Origin: Xylographa opegraphella
Lineage: Eukaryota
NCBI GenBank assembly: GCA_022813865.1
Contig: JALDZX010000062.1
Coordinates: forward strand, 1-64,000
Reading direction: 5' to 3'
Length of the DNA stretch: 64,000 nucleotides
Made by a program: the position numbers and the translations under genes. Positions within the stretch are counted from its first letter, which is position 1, and each line of letters begins with the position of its first letter. Under the pieces are notes generated by a model. That model was not told the DNA's origin. It worked only from the letters and a program-made list of their open reading frames with translations, and made no database searches. Shown one piece after another: positions 45,263 to 58,300 of the stretch.

Positions 45263-48200
45263 ATGCGAGCACACCCCTTGAGGGTAAAGTATTCTCTGAG
45301 CCATTATATGTGTAGTAATTTAGCTGATTTTCGTCAGCCACTCTCATCACAAGGTCTCTGTATCATTTGCGCCACCCGCTTACACTTTCTTCCACTCTCA
45401 CTTTTCCGTCAAGAAGCATCAGCAAGGAGGCTTCTACAGTCTTCTACACGAGTACGAAAACCTGTTGGAGCTGCGGCAGTGGTACAAGAGAATGAAAATG
45501 GGGCGCAGCATGTTGAAACCGTCTTTCACCGAAGACCGTTGCGCGGGGCGCCAAAAACTACAAGCCCTCCACGGTTACCATGGAGAATGCTCAAAGAAGA
45601 TCGCAACATCAACGCAGAATCTGCTACAAGAAATCGGTACGATAGATCCAGCGGCACAAAGCGATTAGTGTTGAGGGAACAGGGAGACATAAAAACGACA
45701 GGAGTCCTGAACTCGAACAATAGTTTTGAGAATGCTGCGGGTGAACGATGTGGAACCGGATCAAAGGCGCAGCCTGGTGAAGCAGACACACCCTTAAGCA
45801 ACACCAGCTCTTCACCGGCCCAAAACCCATATGCGTCGAATAATCCTTTGAATTCTGGAACGGGTTGGAAGAGTAATGCGTCTGTCGAACTGACACCGGA
45901 AGAAGTCAGGCTGAAAAAGGAGCTTTCCGAAACGAATCCGGTAACGCCGAAACAAAACCTTTTCACAAAGTATGAGCCACGAGAAAGGCCTTGGCCAGAA
46001 AAGGGGCTGGAAAGGCGCCGGGAGGCAAGCAATCGAAGTTTAGACGAGATACTGCGGAAGGTGGGCACTACGAGCCCGAGTACCCCAGACGGACTTGCAC
46101 AGGAGAGATATGGTAACTACAGGTGCCATGACTGTGGCCGGTGGAACAGCTACGAAAGAAATAGAGTCTGTTTCAATTGTCGAGCACTACCAGATAGTGA
46201 TGTTCAGGCCCGTGGCGACTCAGAGTTTCCTGTGGGTGATCAACTTGTGCTAAGGAGGCTCGGTCCTTGGGACTGTGACTGTGGTACGACCAACTATCCC
46301 TCCCGAAGGGCATGTCATTCTTGTGGGAAATATAGGAATCTATCTCAGATATCGTCACAAATCGAAAAGATTGAGGATGGTGTCGCCTTGAAGGATGTGA
46401 TATCTGGTATCCGAGATGACAGCATTGAGACGGCATGGCAATGGAAACATCTTAGACGACGGACGATTGCCGAGAACAATGTAGAGCTGCAAGTCGGGCA
46501 GGAAAGTCAAGATTATACTGGCAATGGCGACTCAAATTCGGAAAACCGTCGGATTGTGTATGAACGTGCCGAAAGACTGCAGAGAAGTCAAGACGGCAAT
46601 TTTGTGGGATTTACCGCCTCTCAAGATCGTATATCAAGCGCAAAACAAGAGCCACCCGGGATCATTTCCCCCTCTTTGGAGCAATCTAGCTTGACAGACA
46701 GAAAAGCTACAACATTTGTAAAGAATGAAAATAAATTTGAGCAACAGCAAAAGTGGTCAGATAAACTTGAAAGGTCAAATGATTCTTCCTCTGCACGTAT
46801 AGTCGAGCCAGAATCGCGGGTAAGGCAAACTGGTCACCAAGCTCCAGCGCCGAACCAGAAAGTGATCGAGGCGAGTGAAGAGGCAGGACCCATTGCCAGG
46901 AGGTATAGAGGTCTGGAGAATGCGCCTGACCACAGTCGTGCCAGAGATAGACGACGTGCTCAACGCATTACACGTGATTCTGGCGACGAGTACGAAGACA
47001 TTGACGAAGCGACTGTGTCTCGAATCGAGCGCAAGCGTCAAAGGAAGAAAGAGAAGCTTCCGGATAGATCGGTGGGCACGCCCACCCCAATCCTTCTTCC
47101 AGAGTTTATCAGCATTGGGAACCTAGCTACCGCTTTGCGCATTCGAGCGGATGAGTTCTCATTGAAGATGCGGTCATTGGGATTCGACGAAACCAACAAT
47201 GATCACATACTAGATGCTGAGACGGCAGGACTGATCGCTTCGGAATTCAATTTCGAACCTATTGCTCCCCAGAAAGAAAATGCTATTGAAGATCTATTCG
47301 CCCTTCCACCTACCGAAGACAAAACATTCCTTCTTCAGCGACCACCCGTAATCACAATTATGGGTCATGTTGATCACGGAAAGACGACTCTGCTGGACTG
47401 GCTTCGCAAATCGTCTGTCGCAGCATCGGAGCACGGTGGTATTACTCAGCACATTGGGGCGTTTACGGTCCCTATGCCATCCGGGAGGATCATCACTTTC
47501 CTAGATACCCCGGGACATGCTGCTTTCCTCAGTATGCGACAAAGAGGTGCAAATGTGACAGATATTGTGATCCTTGTCGTCGCAGCAGACGACAGTGTAA
47601 AACCACAGACCATCGAAGCGATTAGGCATGCACAAGCTGCCAAAGTACCTATCATTGTGGCAATCAACAAAATCGACAAGCCTGATTCAGATGTTGAACG
47701 GGTGAAGCAGGACCTAGCACGACACAATGTAGATATCGAGGACTTTGGCGGCGAAACACAAGTTGTTTGTGTCAGCGGTAAGACAGGTCAAGGGATGGAG
47801 GAACTCGAAGACTCCGCTATTGCACTCGCCGATATCTTGGATATGCGTGCTGAAACTGATGGTCAAGCAGAGGGGTGGATACTGGAGGCCACTACCAGCA
47901 GAGCAGGTCGTGTGGCCACAGTGCTGATTCGTCGGGGCACAGTTTTTCCCGGCTCTATTCTTGTCGCTGGTACAGCATGGACTCGAGTACGAAGTTTGCG
48001 CAACGAGGTTGGAGTTTCAATATCATCAGCAGGTCCAGGTACACCGGTCGAGATCGATGGATGGCGCGAACAACCCGAAGCTGGCAATGAGGTACTCCAA
48101 GCGCCAGACGAACAGCGTGCCAAGTCCGTAGTGGAGCTTCGCCTTGCACGGGCTGCAAAGGAAAAGATGGTCACTGATGTCCTCGCCGTCAACATGGCCA

Positions 48201-49115
48201 GACGGCTTGAACAGGAGAAGCGTGAGCATGAGGAAGCTGTCTCTATCGATCCTTCCTCCAACAGGAAAGATGTTGTTCCTCCACAATCTAATGGTATCAT
48301 CGAAATTCCCTTCATCATCCGTGGTGACGTCTCAGGCTCTGTTGAAGCGGTAGTAAACTCCGTCTCGTCACTCGGCAATGGCGAGGTTCGACCCACAATA
48401 CTTCGATCCGCCGTAGGTCCTATCGCGCCAACGGACGTCGAGCACGCGGCTGTGGCGAAAGGACATATCATCTCCTTCAATACACCTGTCGACGGCACCA
48501 TCAGACGTATGGCTGAGACTGCTGGGGTGTCTATCTTGGATCAGAACATCATCTATAGACTTACAGATGATGTAAAGGCTAAACTCGAAGCAGCGCTGCC
48601 GGTTGTATTGACGACGCGGGTCGTCGGCGAAGCGGAGGTTGCCGAGGTTTTCGAAATCAATGCGAAAGGGAGAGTAATTATTCGGGTTGCGGGCTGTAAG
48701 GTCCGTAACGGGGTAATCAGTAGGGGCACGAATATCCGGGTTTTGAGGGATGGAGAGGTAGTCTACAATGGTACGTTGGTGCTGCAATCCTATTCCTTTG
48801 TGATGTGCTCTTATTCGCTGCGTCATTCCCTGGCAAGACATTCGTTTTCTCTTTGTTAAAGTTTGTGTATGGTAATTCGGATTTGATGTGTAAGGTTTTC
48901 GATGTCTACATTGCTTCAGACCAGTTCCATTCTTACAGAAAATCACTAACTTCATATTCACAGGCCACCTTTCCTCTCTTAAGAACCAGAAGAAAGACGT
49001 CATGGAAATGCGCAAAGGTGGCGAGTGCGGTATGGGTTTTGAAGGCTTTTCTGACTTTAAAGTTGGCGACCAGGTGCAGTGCTACGAAGATAAGAGCGAG
49101 AAGCGGAGTCTGTAA
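45263..49115 (+). CDS. IFM1: Mitochondrial translation initiation factor IF-2 with a long N-terminal extension; introns 45284-45337 and 48771-48963
   Basis: GTPase motifs GHVDHGKTT, GGITQHIGAF, DTPGH and NKID; also GDVSGSVEA and VAGCKVRNG; the spliced end reads SSLKNQKKDVMEMRKGGECG. Confidence 0.95.
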
Positions 49116-49819
49116 CGTGACGATTTACCCGAACATGAGATCTCAAACTGTCCACAGGGCACCAAGGCAGATAGGAAGATCATCAACAGAGAACGACGAA
49201 ATAATCAGGGGTAAACCAACATTCAATAAATAGGCTACACTGTGAATCTTGGAGGCATTTCTGCAAGTTTGATAATGCAAGCATTCAGGCCCGAGTTGGT
49301 GCGTGCTGTGTATGATATGACAACGGTCATGTGGCATATTGAAAATGGAACAGCGCCAGAAAGAAGCACGACCTGGCATAGCGATGTTGATGGTGTCAGA
49401 GCAATCTAGTGATCAATTACCTGGGACTATAGTTCTTAGAAGCCTAAGAAGTCTTCGCTCCGCTCTACTTCATTTAGGACTTCGTTACTTGGAACGTTCC
49501 TGAAGTAACGTGTCGTGCTTAAAGCGATTCATATTGGCTTGCGGTTCATAAATTCGCGAGAGCGGCTACAGCGTGTGCTGATGAAAGCATTTATGATACC
49601 GCCAGGACACAATGACTCGGAAGGCATGCTGCCGCGGTTTTCCGCTTTTCCCAAGCCGTGAAATGGCTTCTTCGCCTACTGCACCCTACAGCCTGTAGCT
49701 TACCATGGCGCTTCAGCATCCTCGTCGGCAAATCGTCGCCGATGTTCACCTATTGTCATTCTTGTCTGCGAGTGGCTTTCAGCCCCATGAGGCTGGCAGC
49801 GAGCTGCGGATGAGATGTT

Positions 49820-50555
49820 GGTTACGAGTGGGGACATGAAAGATAGCACAACCTCTGGGAACGTAGAACCACCTGAAAACGTCGGCGATTTCGAGGCACA
49901 ATATGCTTATTCGGAATGACCGCAGGCTCTATGTTATAAATGACCTATTTATAGCAATTACCTGTTAAAAAGTCTGGTCCCTCTTGTCCCGTTCTCTTCA
50001 GGTCGATATGCCCGATTCCATACGCGGCATCAACCAGACTTAAGACTCTCTAAATTGTTTATAAGCGTCTACTAATGCCTCCCATGGCATCCGGACTTCA
50101 GGGAAAGTAAGCACAGTATCAAACATGGCGAGCTTGACCTTTCTTCCCCCATTCTCAACCGCTTCTACCGTCTCGCGAAATTTATGTATGACTTCTTCAT
50201 CCTCCACTGGATACTGAAGAAGAATACAGAGGCTTTCTGCCGGTGTTCTCTCACACATATTGAATTGTCTTCTCGCATGTACCATAGGCAGTACTGAAAT
50301 GCAATATCACATCTCCTGGTTCATACATAAGGCTCCTCAATACTGTATTGACACCTGTCGTTGCATTCGGCACAAAACCGACTTCATCCGTGCTCACGCC
50401 AAGAAATGGAGTTATTGCAGCACGAGACTCAATCAATAGTTCAGGGAGGGTGCAACTTATAAAAGGGTCCGGTTGAGCTTCGATCAAGTCATGCAAGGCG
50501 CATTGATGATCCCGAACAACAGTCGGGTATGTTCCATATGAGACATGGTTCAGTG
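49820..50555 (-). pseudogene. Decayed class V PLP aminotransferase/C-S lyase (Egt2/LolT-like)
   Basis: Motifs LNHVSYGTYP, FVPNATTGVNTVLR, LVDAAYGIG and NCYK|WFYVPR are split by frameshifts near 50255 and 50050; the intron donor at the PLP-Lys codon reads AT instead of GT. Confidence 0.8.
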
Positions 50556-53006
50556 ACGAGCGCAGTTCGTTGGAGTCTAGCTTGGCTGTGTTCAAGGGTT
50601 TTGAGACTGCGAAAGATACCGGTGTGAATCCTGATAATGAGCTGGATCAGTCACACGAGGACGCGCACGGAGGCTTCACATTGAGATCTAATTCGAATGC
50701 CCATGTCCACGCTGAAACAGTGAGTCACTCTCTGAGCGTCGACTCACGAATATGCCGGAAAAGAGGCAGCAGTGCTATCATCGCCATGGACAGGGTGCAA
50801 AGAAGACACTTTCGGTGGTTATCTGTAGAACAAACAGTCGAGACAGCAGAGGGTGTGGGAAGAGTACTCCGATGGCCGGCTAAGGTTTGCCGCCGATACG
50901 GAGGAGGTCCGTCACTCATGAAATACAAATGATAATCCTGGGGCAAGTCTTGCTATCCGACTTTGTCTCGCACAGCCACATCTGCCGTCTTTCTTGGAGG
51001 ATTAGCGGAACTGGTGAACAACCCGACAACAACGTCTTTCTACTCGGTCCCCTTTATCTATCACCAAAATCACGCATGCTTACAGTCCCAATCACAAGTC
51101 CACCAATTCAACCCCGTATACAATATCACATGTGCAGATTTTACGGCTACCATCATCGGTGCCCACACCCGTGGAGCTGCCCCAATGCCTCCAGCCAAGA
51201 TTACTGGGCCCACTGGCTTCTACCCTGCAGCGGCCGGGCCAGGTGCGCCGTCTGGATCGAGCAGGGGAGCTGCAGATAGAAGGACTGGAGATTAGCGACA
51301 TGAAGCGTACCCTCATGGCCGTCAGCGCCGAGGCAGGCACCGCGCTTGAGATCATGGAGGCACGCGACCTTTATTCCGAGAACGACGGAGGCTCAAATAC
51401 ACGAAGAAATTGGGCGGCTCCGAGCCCTGGTCGACATCCGGGACCGCATAGAGTATATTCTGACGGAGCTGGTAGCGACCAGGGAGAGGGCAAGGACGCG
51501 ACGGTTCGTGTGGGAGATGCTGGCAGGTATGCCTTGATATCCCGCTTCCGTGATTGCGGCAATGATCTTCCAGGAGTATGTTGCTGACCTGCCTTGGCAG
51601 TTCCCGGTGTTCGTGCTTTGGCAGATATGGAAGCACAGATCAGGTCAGGCGAATGCATGACGTGAGGGTGGGCAGAGGGAGGGAAGCTGGTAGGTAAGTC
51701 TTTTGCTCCGTTCAACGCATTTGTGGGGTACGTAGTGTGTTCGAAATATATAATCTAGTTAAACAACGATCGCTTTGAACGAATGTCCAAACGTAGAAAA
51801 GGCTGTGAGGCGTGAGACTTTGCTGTCATTTGGTTTTGCTAACATCGCCCACTATCTAGTTACCTACCTAAGAACGACACTACTATGTAGGAACCTCAGT
51901 AGAGCTACCCTTCACTAACAGATTGCCAACGGCTGGGTAGTTGCCGACTCTTTCTACATGGACTTCACTTGTGCCATGCTCCGCTCGCTCATGCCTTGCC
52001 AATTAATGACATCTTTCATAAACATCCTTTGTCCTCGTTCTCCCAACCGTCCAGCGGCTTTGATGTTGGGACAACTGCCACAGCCAGCGAATATTAACGG
52101 CAGTCTGTTAATTTCGGGTTTTACAGAGTCCCGGACATCACACTCGTCTCTCGAGACACGTATCTTGGGATGTGGTGATATGTTGTCCATTGGTCGTTGT
52201 TATTCGCCCTCCATGGCATTAAGCTGAGGATGCAAAGAAGCGTCGTTGGGAGAGGATTCTTCTGATCGGGTCCTGCGGTGACCGAAGCTCTGCTTTGGGT
52301 CCGGTCGTGCGCTCTGATTGGCTGCGTGCCACGTCAGTTTTCTTCGATGACCGATTACTGTACAGAATACTAGCTTCCTCCTAGCGTGTATCCGATCCCG
52401 GCCCGGCGCCGGCCCGATCGTGTCACTCGACGCTTACCACCTCTGGCTAGCTTTAGGTCCACGGACTCGGCTGTTGCCGGACAGCGAGACGGCGAGTCGA
52501 GGCCTTCTCCATCCCACCTACATCGTTGCACCCACATGCAACCGGTAGCAGTGAGCCATCAGGAACACTTTCTGCATTTGCATGGGTGCTTTGCTTGACT
52601 GCTACTCCTAGTCGTACATGCAGACTACTGATGTCTCCAAAGAATCACCCATGGAGGGGAGTCTTCTAGCTTCTTTGGCCACAACCTTGACGCTACTCTT
52701 CTGTCTCGCAAGTATCAAGGTGCTTGCACGACTGGAAGCAACACACAAGGAGTGTGCTAAGCACCATCAATACGCCCGTGATCTACGCCCAACCGGCTGC
52801 TTCCGTCTCTTGCTCCGGCAAAGATAAGAGAGCTTGGGACTGATGTCCTCGAATGACGCGCCCTATAACCATGCTTCTTTATCTTGCTTTCGGTTTTGTA
52901 CCCTGTGGTCCGTTTGTTGATTTGTCGTGAATACTGTTCTTGCTTATTTTTTGTTCCGTATAATGGTTTGATGGTAGAGCAGTCTAAATATTTGCCCAAA
53001 TACAAC

Positions 53007-54871
53007 ATGTCTATGTCTTCGGATCCTGAGAAGACCACGGCGTATACGACTTCTGATCCGATCACGCCCGATAGCTCCAGCGGCGATGAAGGCTATGTAC
53101 TTGACGCGCATGAACTGGGTGGCAACAGCACACTGAAAACTACACCCAATGGAAGTATCATTTTGTGAGTCAGAGCATACAAAACGTACCCATCAACAGA
53201 GTTCATTACAGCCAGGCGTCCGCAGCCAAGCGATAGCCCGGACGATCCTCTCAACTGGAGTCAGTGGAAGAAGCACGTCCTTCTACTTGTGATTTCGGCC
53301 ACAGCGTTTCTTCCAGACTATGGCGGAGCTCTGGGCGCAGTGACTCTGATTCCCCAAGCCCTGGACTGGAACATGACACAAGAAGGAGTTTTGCAAGCTC
53401 TCGTCGGGAATGTCTTCGTCATGTACGTATAACTGGGGACTTCATCCTCCTACCCGTGTATCGCGTACACGAAGCAAGTTCAAGCTGTTGAATATGACTC
53501 CAAAGCAACGCAACTTTATTGCATTCCTACTATGACCTACTAACCGGACATGTTCCAGCGGGGCAGGTGGACTCTTCAGCGTTGCATTCATGGCATATTT
53601 CGGACGCCTTCCAGTCCTATTTTGGTTTACCTTTTGTGCTCTTTGGTCGGCCGCATTTTGCGCAGGGGCCGTGAACTTCACGCAATACGAAGCAGCACGT
53701 GTACTCAGCGGTTTCTTCTCGACAGTGGCCCAGGGCGGCGGCTTAGTGTTCATCAATGATATATTCTTCGTTCACGAACATGCCCGCAAGATTAATGTCT
53801 GGTCGTTCTTCATTGTCTTGTCGCCATACTTGGGCCCACTGCTGACGGGCTTTATTATTGCCGCAAGCACATGGCAATGGGCTTTTGCGCTGTACGTCCT
53901 CATGACCGGCTTGTGTCTGATAGCTATAGTCTGCTTTGGTCAGGAGACATACTATGACAGGAGAATCCCGCCGGAATCACAGCCACTGCGCAAGTCTCAT
54001 CTCCAACGACTGCTCGGAATTGAGCAGTACCGAACGCGCCTTACAGGTAATACGTTCTCGCAGGCTATGATGCGACCCATCAGAGCGATATGCAAACCGG
54101 TTGTCTTCATCAGTACCATCTACTACACGCTCATCTTTGCGTGGGTTGTCGGTAATACTTCGATTCCTGGCTTCTACTGGAAACAGCGACTGACTGGCGC
54201 CATAGGGATCAACACCACTCTCAGTATCTTCCTTCAACCGCTCTACGGATTTGGACCCCGCCAGATCGGTAAGCATCATCCTCCACGCTCACCCCATACT
54301 CCCTCCCATGCCGCCTATTAACCCGCTACCTCCCCCCGTTCCAACAGGCTTCTTCTACTTCGCCCCCATTGTTGCTACCATCCTTGGCGAAGCCAGCGGG
54401 CATTGGCTGCACGACTCCATCGCCGCGCGCTGTATGCGCCGCAACAGCGGCCGCCTCGAAGCCGAAGCCCGCCTGTGGGTCATCTACATCGCCACCCCCT
54501 TCATGGTCGCGGGGCTCGTGCTGCTCGGCTTCGCGCTGCAGCACGGCTACGCCTACATGGTCGCCGCCCTCGGCTGGGGCCTGTACGTCTTCGGCATCAT
54601 GATCGCCACCGTCGGCGTCAACGCCTATGTCCTCGACGCCTACCCGGAGACCGCCGGTGAGGTCTCCGCCTGGCTGAACTTCGCCCGCACCACCGGCGGC
54701 GTCTTCGTTACCGAGTGGCAGGTCCCGTGGGCGACCGCCGTCGGGCCCGCCGTCGCGCTGGGCACCCAGGGCGCCATCACGGCCGGGGCCTTCGTGCTCG
54801 TTGTGCTGTTGCAGCTGTACGGGAAGCGGCTGCGGCATTCGGGGGGCAGGCTGAACTTTCGCACGAATTGA
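53007..54871 (+). CDS. MFS transporter (DHA1-like), multi-exon
   Basis: PQPSDSPDDPLNWSQWKK, YFGRLP, IFFVHEHARKINVW, LSPYLGPLL and EAEARL motifs; multiple TM helices. Confidence 0.88.
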
Positions 54872-55350
54872 TGGATTTTGGGGGGTGGGTTCAACGGTGT
54901 GGATGAGAGGGATGTGGGGCATTTGTGGATAGGGGCTTGGTGGTTGGACTCGCCGTGCTGTTGTGAGGTACATTCTACACGTCTGTGGAAATGAAAGCGC
55001 TTGACGGTGCTCTTGTCGTCTCTCTCTCTCTCTCTCTATATGTGTGCAAGTGTGTATCTCCCTCACCTGGAGTTTGTTGTCGATGATGCGAATTTCGGGA
55101 CACGAACTTTACTACCAAGTGACAGGATTCAACGCTCTTGTGGATATAATCCTTGGCTCGTATCATATCTTGCATTTGATGGTCGTAACGCGTGGATGCC
55201 TCCATAAGCCCAGGCACACACTCCACCCCTTTAGCCACGTATACCTAGAGGGTCCCATCCCTAGTCCTACACCCTTGCCAAGATATACATATAGTGAAAA
55301 CACAGTATACAATCCCCACTTTCCCGACCGATCTCGCACCCCCCCAAAAC

Positions 55351-58300
55351 TCAATAGGCAAAGATCTTCTTCAAACCCTCCACCGCCGCGTTCCGGATCC
55401 TCGCCGCCGGCACCGGGCTCCTCTCCCTGACCCTCCTCTCCCTCTCCTTCCGCTCGCTCTCTCCCCTCCGCGGCACCGCTGGCCTCTCCTTCTCTTTGCG
55501 TTCACTCTCCCTCCGCTTCCCTTCCGGCCTGTCCCGCTCCCTCTCCTTCCCCTTCTCCTCCCTGCGCACCCTCCGCTCCCCATCCGCGCGCCTCTCGCGT
55601 CGAACATGCCTTACCTCGCTTTTCTCCCGCTCCTCGAGTCTCTCTCGCTCGCGCTCCTTGCGCCGCTCCTCCTTCCTTCGCATACGCGCCTCGTCTTCCA
55701 CTCTCTCCCTCGTCCGTTTCGCTTCCTCTTCTTCAAGCCTTGCCTTTTCTCGCTCCGCCACGATCCTAGCTTCGGCTTCCTGCTCTTTTTCCCTTTGTCT
55801 CCATCGCTCTTCCCGCCGCGCCCGCCGTGCCTCGTCCTCTTCGTGAGTGCCTTCCTTCCTCTCCTTGTCCCTTTCTCTCTCCCGATGCGAGCTTCTTCTC
55901 GTCTCCACCACTGGTCGGTCGACGATTCCCACCGCCTTGCCAAGCCCCTTCCAGAATGGTAGCCTGGCCTCACTCTGTGCTTGTGCCTGCATCTTCGGCC
56001 GCGCCAAAGATCGTGAACCCTCTGCAGCTGGCGCGTCCTTGTAGCTCTGGCTCCGACGATAGCTGGACTTCGGCCGCTCGTCAGCGTCCTTGGAAGTCAG
56101 AGTCGAGGAGCGCTTGCTGCGCACATCGCTTTCGCGGCGTTTGCGCTCGGGGCGCTCGGGCTTCTCGAGACGAGTGACCTCGCCGCTTTTGGTCGAGGAG
56201 CTCTTGCTGTAGCGACGCTCGCGCTCCCAGCCAGTGCGGCGGCGGCGGCGTTCCGATGTTGGAGAGGGAGGTGCAGAGAGCGGGGTTACATCGTCACCGG
56301 GAGGGCCGTCGATGATGGCTGATTCATCGAGAGGCACAGGGTCTGAGACTGAAGGTGACTGGATAGCATCGTCCACGATATTCGAAGGTTCCGCAGCGGT
56401 AGTTTCTTCGGCTGTCACCGCCTTCTCCTCTGGGATAGATGCTTCTTGCCGGGCAGTTTCTGCTTGTGGAGCAGTCAAGGCCTCTTCGACAGCCTCAGTG
56501 GATTGCGAATTTGGTACAGGTTCCAAAGTGCTTGGCTCAGCAAGCTCTTCGACGATTAGAGGAGCGGTAATTACTTCTGGTCCAACAGGAGAGAGCTCGA
56601 CTTCGGCAATAGATATGGCAGCTTCAGTAGGCGGCCCATCATCGATAGGACCTGTCTTCGTAGTCTCTTCAAGATCTGTCCTTGTAGGCTCAGAGGAAGT
56701 GGGTCCGATATTGTCCTTCTCGACGGGGAGATCATCAGTCGAAACAATTTCTGAAGCAGAGATTAAAGTGGCACCCTCGCCACCCTCGATCGTTGGAGCT
56801 TCGTCGGGAACCACTTCTGTAACCGTATCATCCTTAGAATCGGGAGCGGGAGCAAGGTCGGTCATGATAGCTTCTTCCACGATTGCTGGCTCATGGACGG
56901 CTACGCCTTCAGTAGGTACCGGGTCATCAGCGGGTGCCGACTCGTCAGTAACTATTGGTTCTACGCTTGCTGGGTCTTCGACAGGTGCCGCTTCTTCGAC
57001 AGGTGCCGCTTCTTCGACAGGTGCCGCTTCTTCGACAGGTGCCGCTTCTTCGACAGGTGCCGCTTCTTCGACAGGTGCCGCTTCTTCGACAGGTGCCGCT
57101 TCTTCGACAGGTGCCGCTTCTTCGACAGGTGCCGCTTCTTCGACAGGTGCCGCTTCTTCGACAGGTGCCGCTTCTTCGACAGGTGCCGCTTCTTCGGTAC
57201 TCACCTGTTCTTCAAAAGGATTGCTCTCCGTCTCTGCTGGCGTGTCGACTGGAAAATCACCAGGTACTGGAGTCTCTGTACTGGATTCTGACTTGATATT
57301 ATTGTCGTCGACTATAGGCAGACTCTCCTCCAAGGAGGCAACGTCGTTGATTACAGTGGTAACATCACTCGCAGCTGGTTCTGGTGATGTACAGACCGCT
57401 TCGGAATTTCCCTCGGGCTTGTCATCTTCGGACTCTACTGCGGTCTCGATAGCTCCAATGTCGGGCGTATCAGGTTCAGCCTTTGCAGTAGCGTCGGGTT
57501 CTCCCTTAGATTCGATATCACCGATTGTGGACGCAGACTCTTCTATAGAAGGTACCTGGTTGCTTGTGGTAATGTCTTCGCTCACAACGGATTCGGAACA
57601 TTCAACGATTTCTTTCGTACCCTCGTCTTGCACATCGGGTTCTTTTTTCTCCTCAGCGTCAGGGTTTGGGATTGATGTTTGCGCTGCGTCGTCCACTTTC
57701 GAATCTTCGTTAGCAGCAGGATTCGCTTCTGCAAAAGATTCCTCGCTAGGAATCTCTTCCGCTGCAGAAGGTACAGATTCTGATTGTACAACCTCATCGG
57801 ATACTGAACCCTCAATTTTGATTTCCGCAGGCTTTTCAACTTCCACAACGTCTGGCGATGGACTGTCAACAAGGACCTCCGAAGCAGCTTGTTCGCTCGG
57901 TTCTAGAGTTTTGGTCTCGGCAGTACTCGCTTCAGGCGGTGGCTCTTCTGCTTCTACAGTTCCTGGCGGTTGTTCTGCCTCTCCACTTGCGACTGTTAGA
58001 GGAGCTTCTGGTTCGACTGCTTCTATTACTGTCTCGCTTGGCTCTTTGATAACTTCTGCAGGTGGCTCTGATGGTAAATCGTCTGCTTCAACGAATGGCT
58101 CGCTTGAGCCTTCGGCGACCGCATCTGCCGTCGGCACTTCAGCTTCGACTATTGGCTCCGTAGTCGAAGGCATTGACTCGTCAACGGCTTCCGGTATAGG
58201 CGCTGGGTAAATATCCTCTGATGGCACGTTATCCTGCTCTTGGGGAACTTCAGGAGCAGGTGGTGGAGGTGACAATATAGCCTCCTTTCCTTTCTTTGAC

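Noticed and set aside
48771..48963. Unusually long (193-nt) IF2 intron as a possible snoRNA host
   Set aside because: No convincing C/D (RUGAUGA..CUGA) or H/ACA box pair is visible.
55017..55045. (CT)n/(TA)/(TG) microsatellite
   Set aside because: An ordinary short simple repeat between convergent 3' ends.
56975..57196. Repeat array as a possible CRISPR
   Set aside because: It has no spacers, it is an in-frame coding minisatellite, and the genome is eukaryotic.
56234..58210. 658-aa + strand ORF with SSTGAA repeats
   Set aside because: Antisense shadow of the acidic protein on the minus strand. The same applies to the shadow ORFs over 2053-2712, 33761-34711 and 37037-37688.
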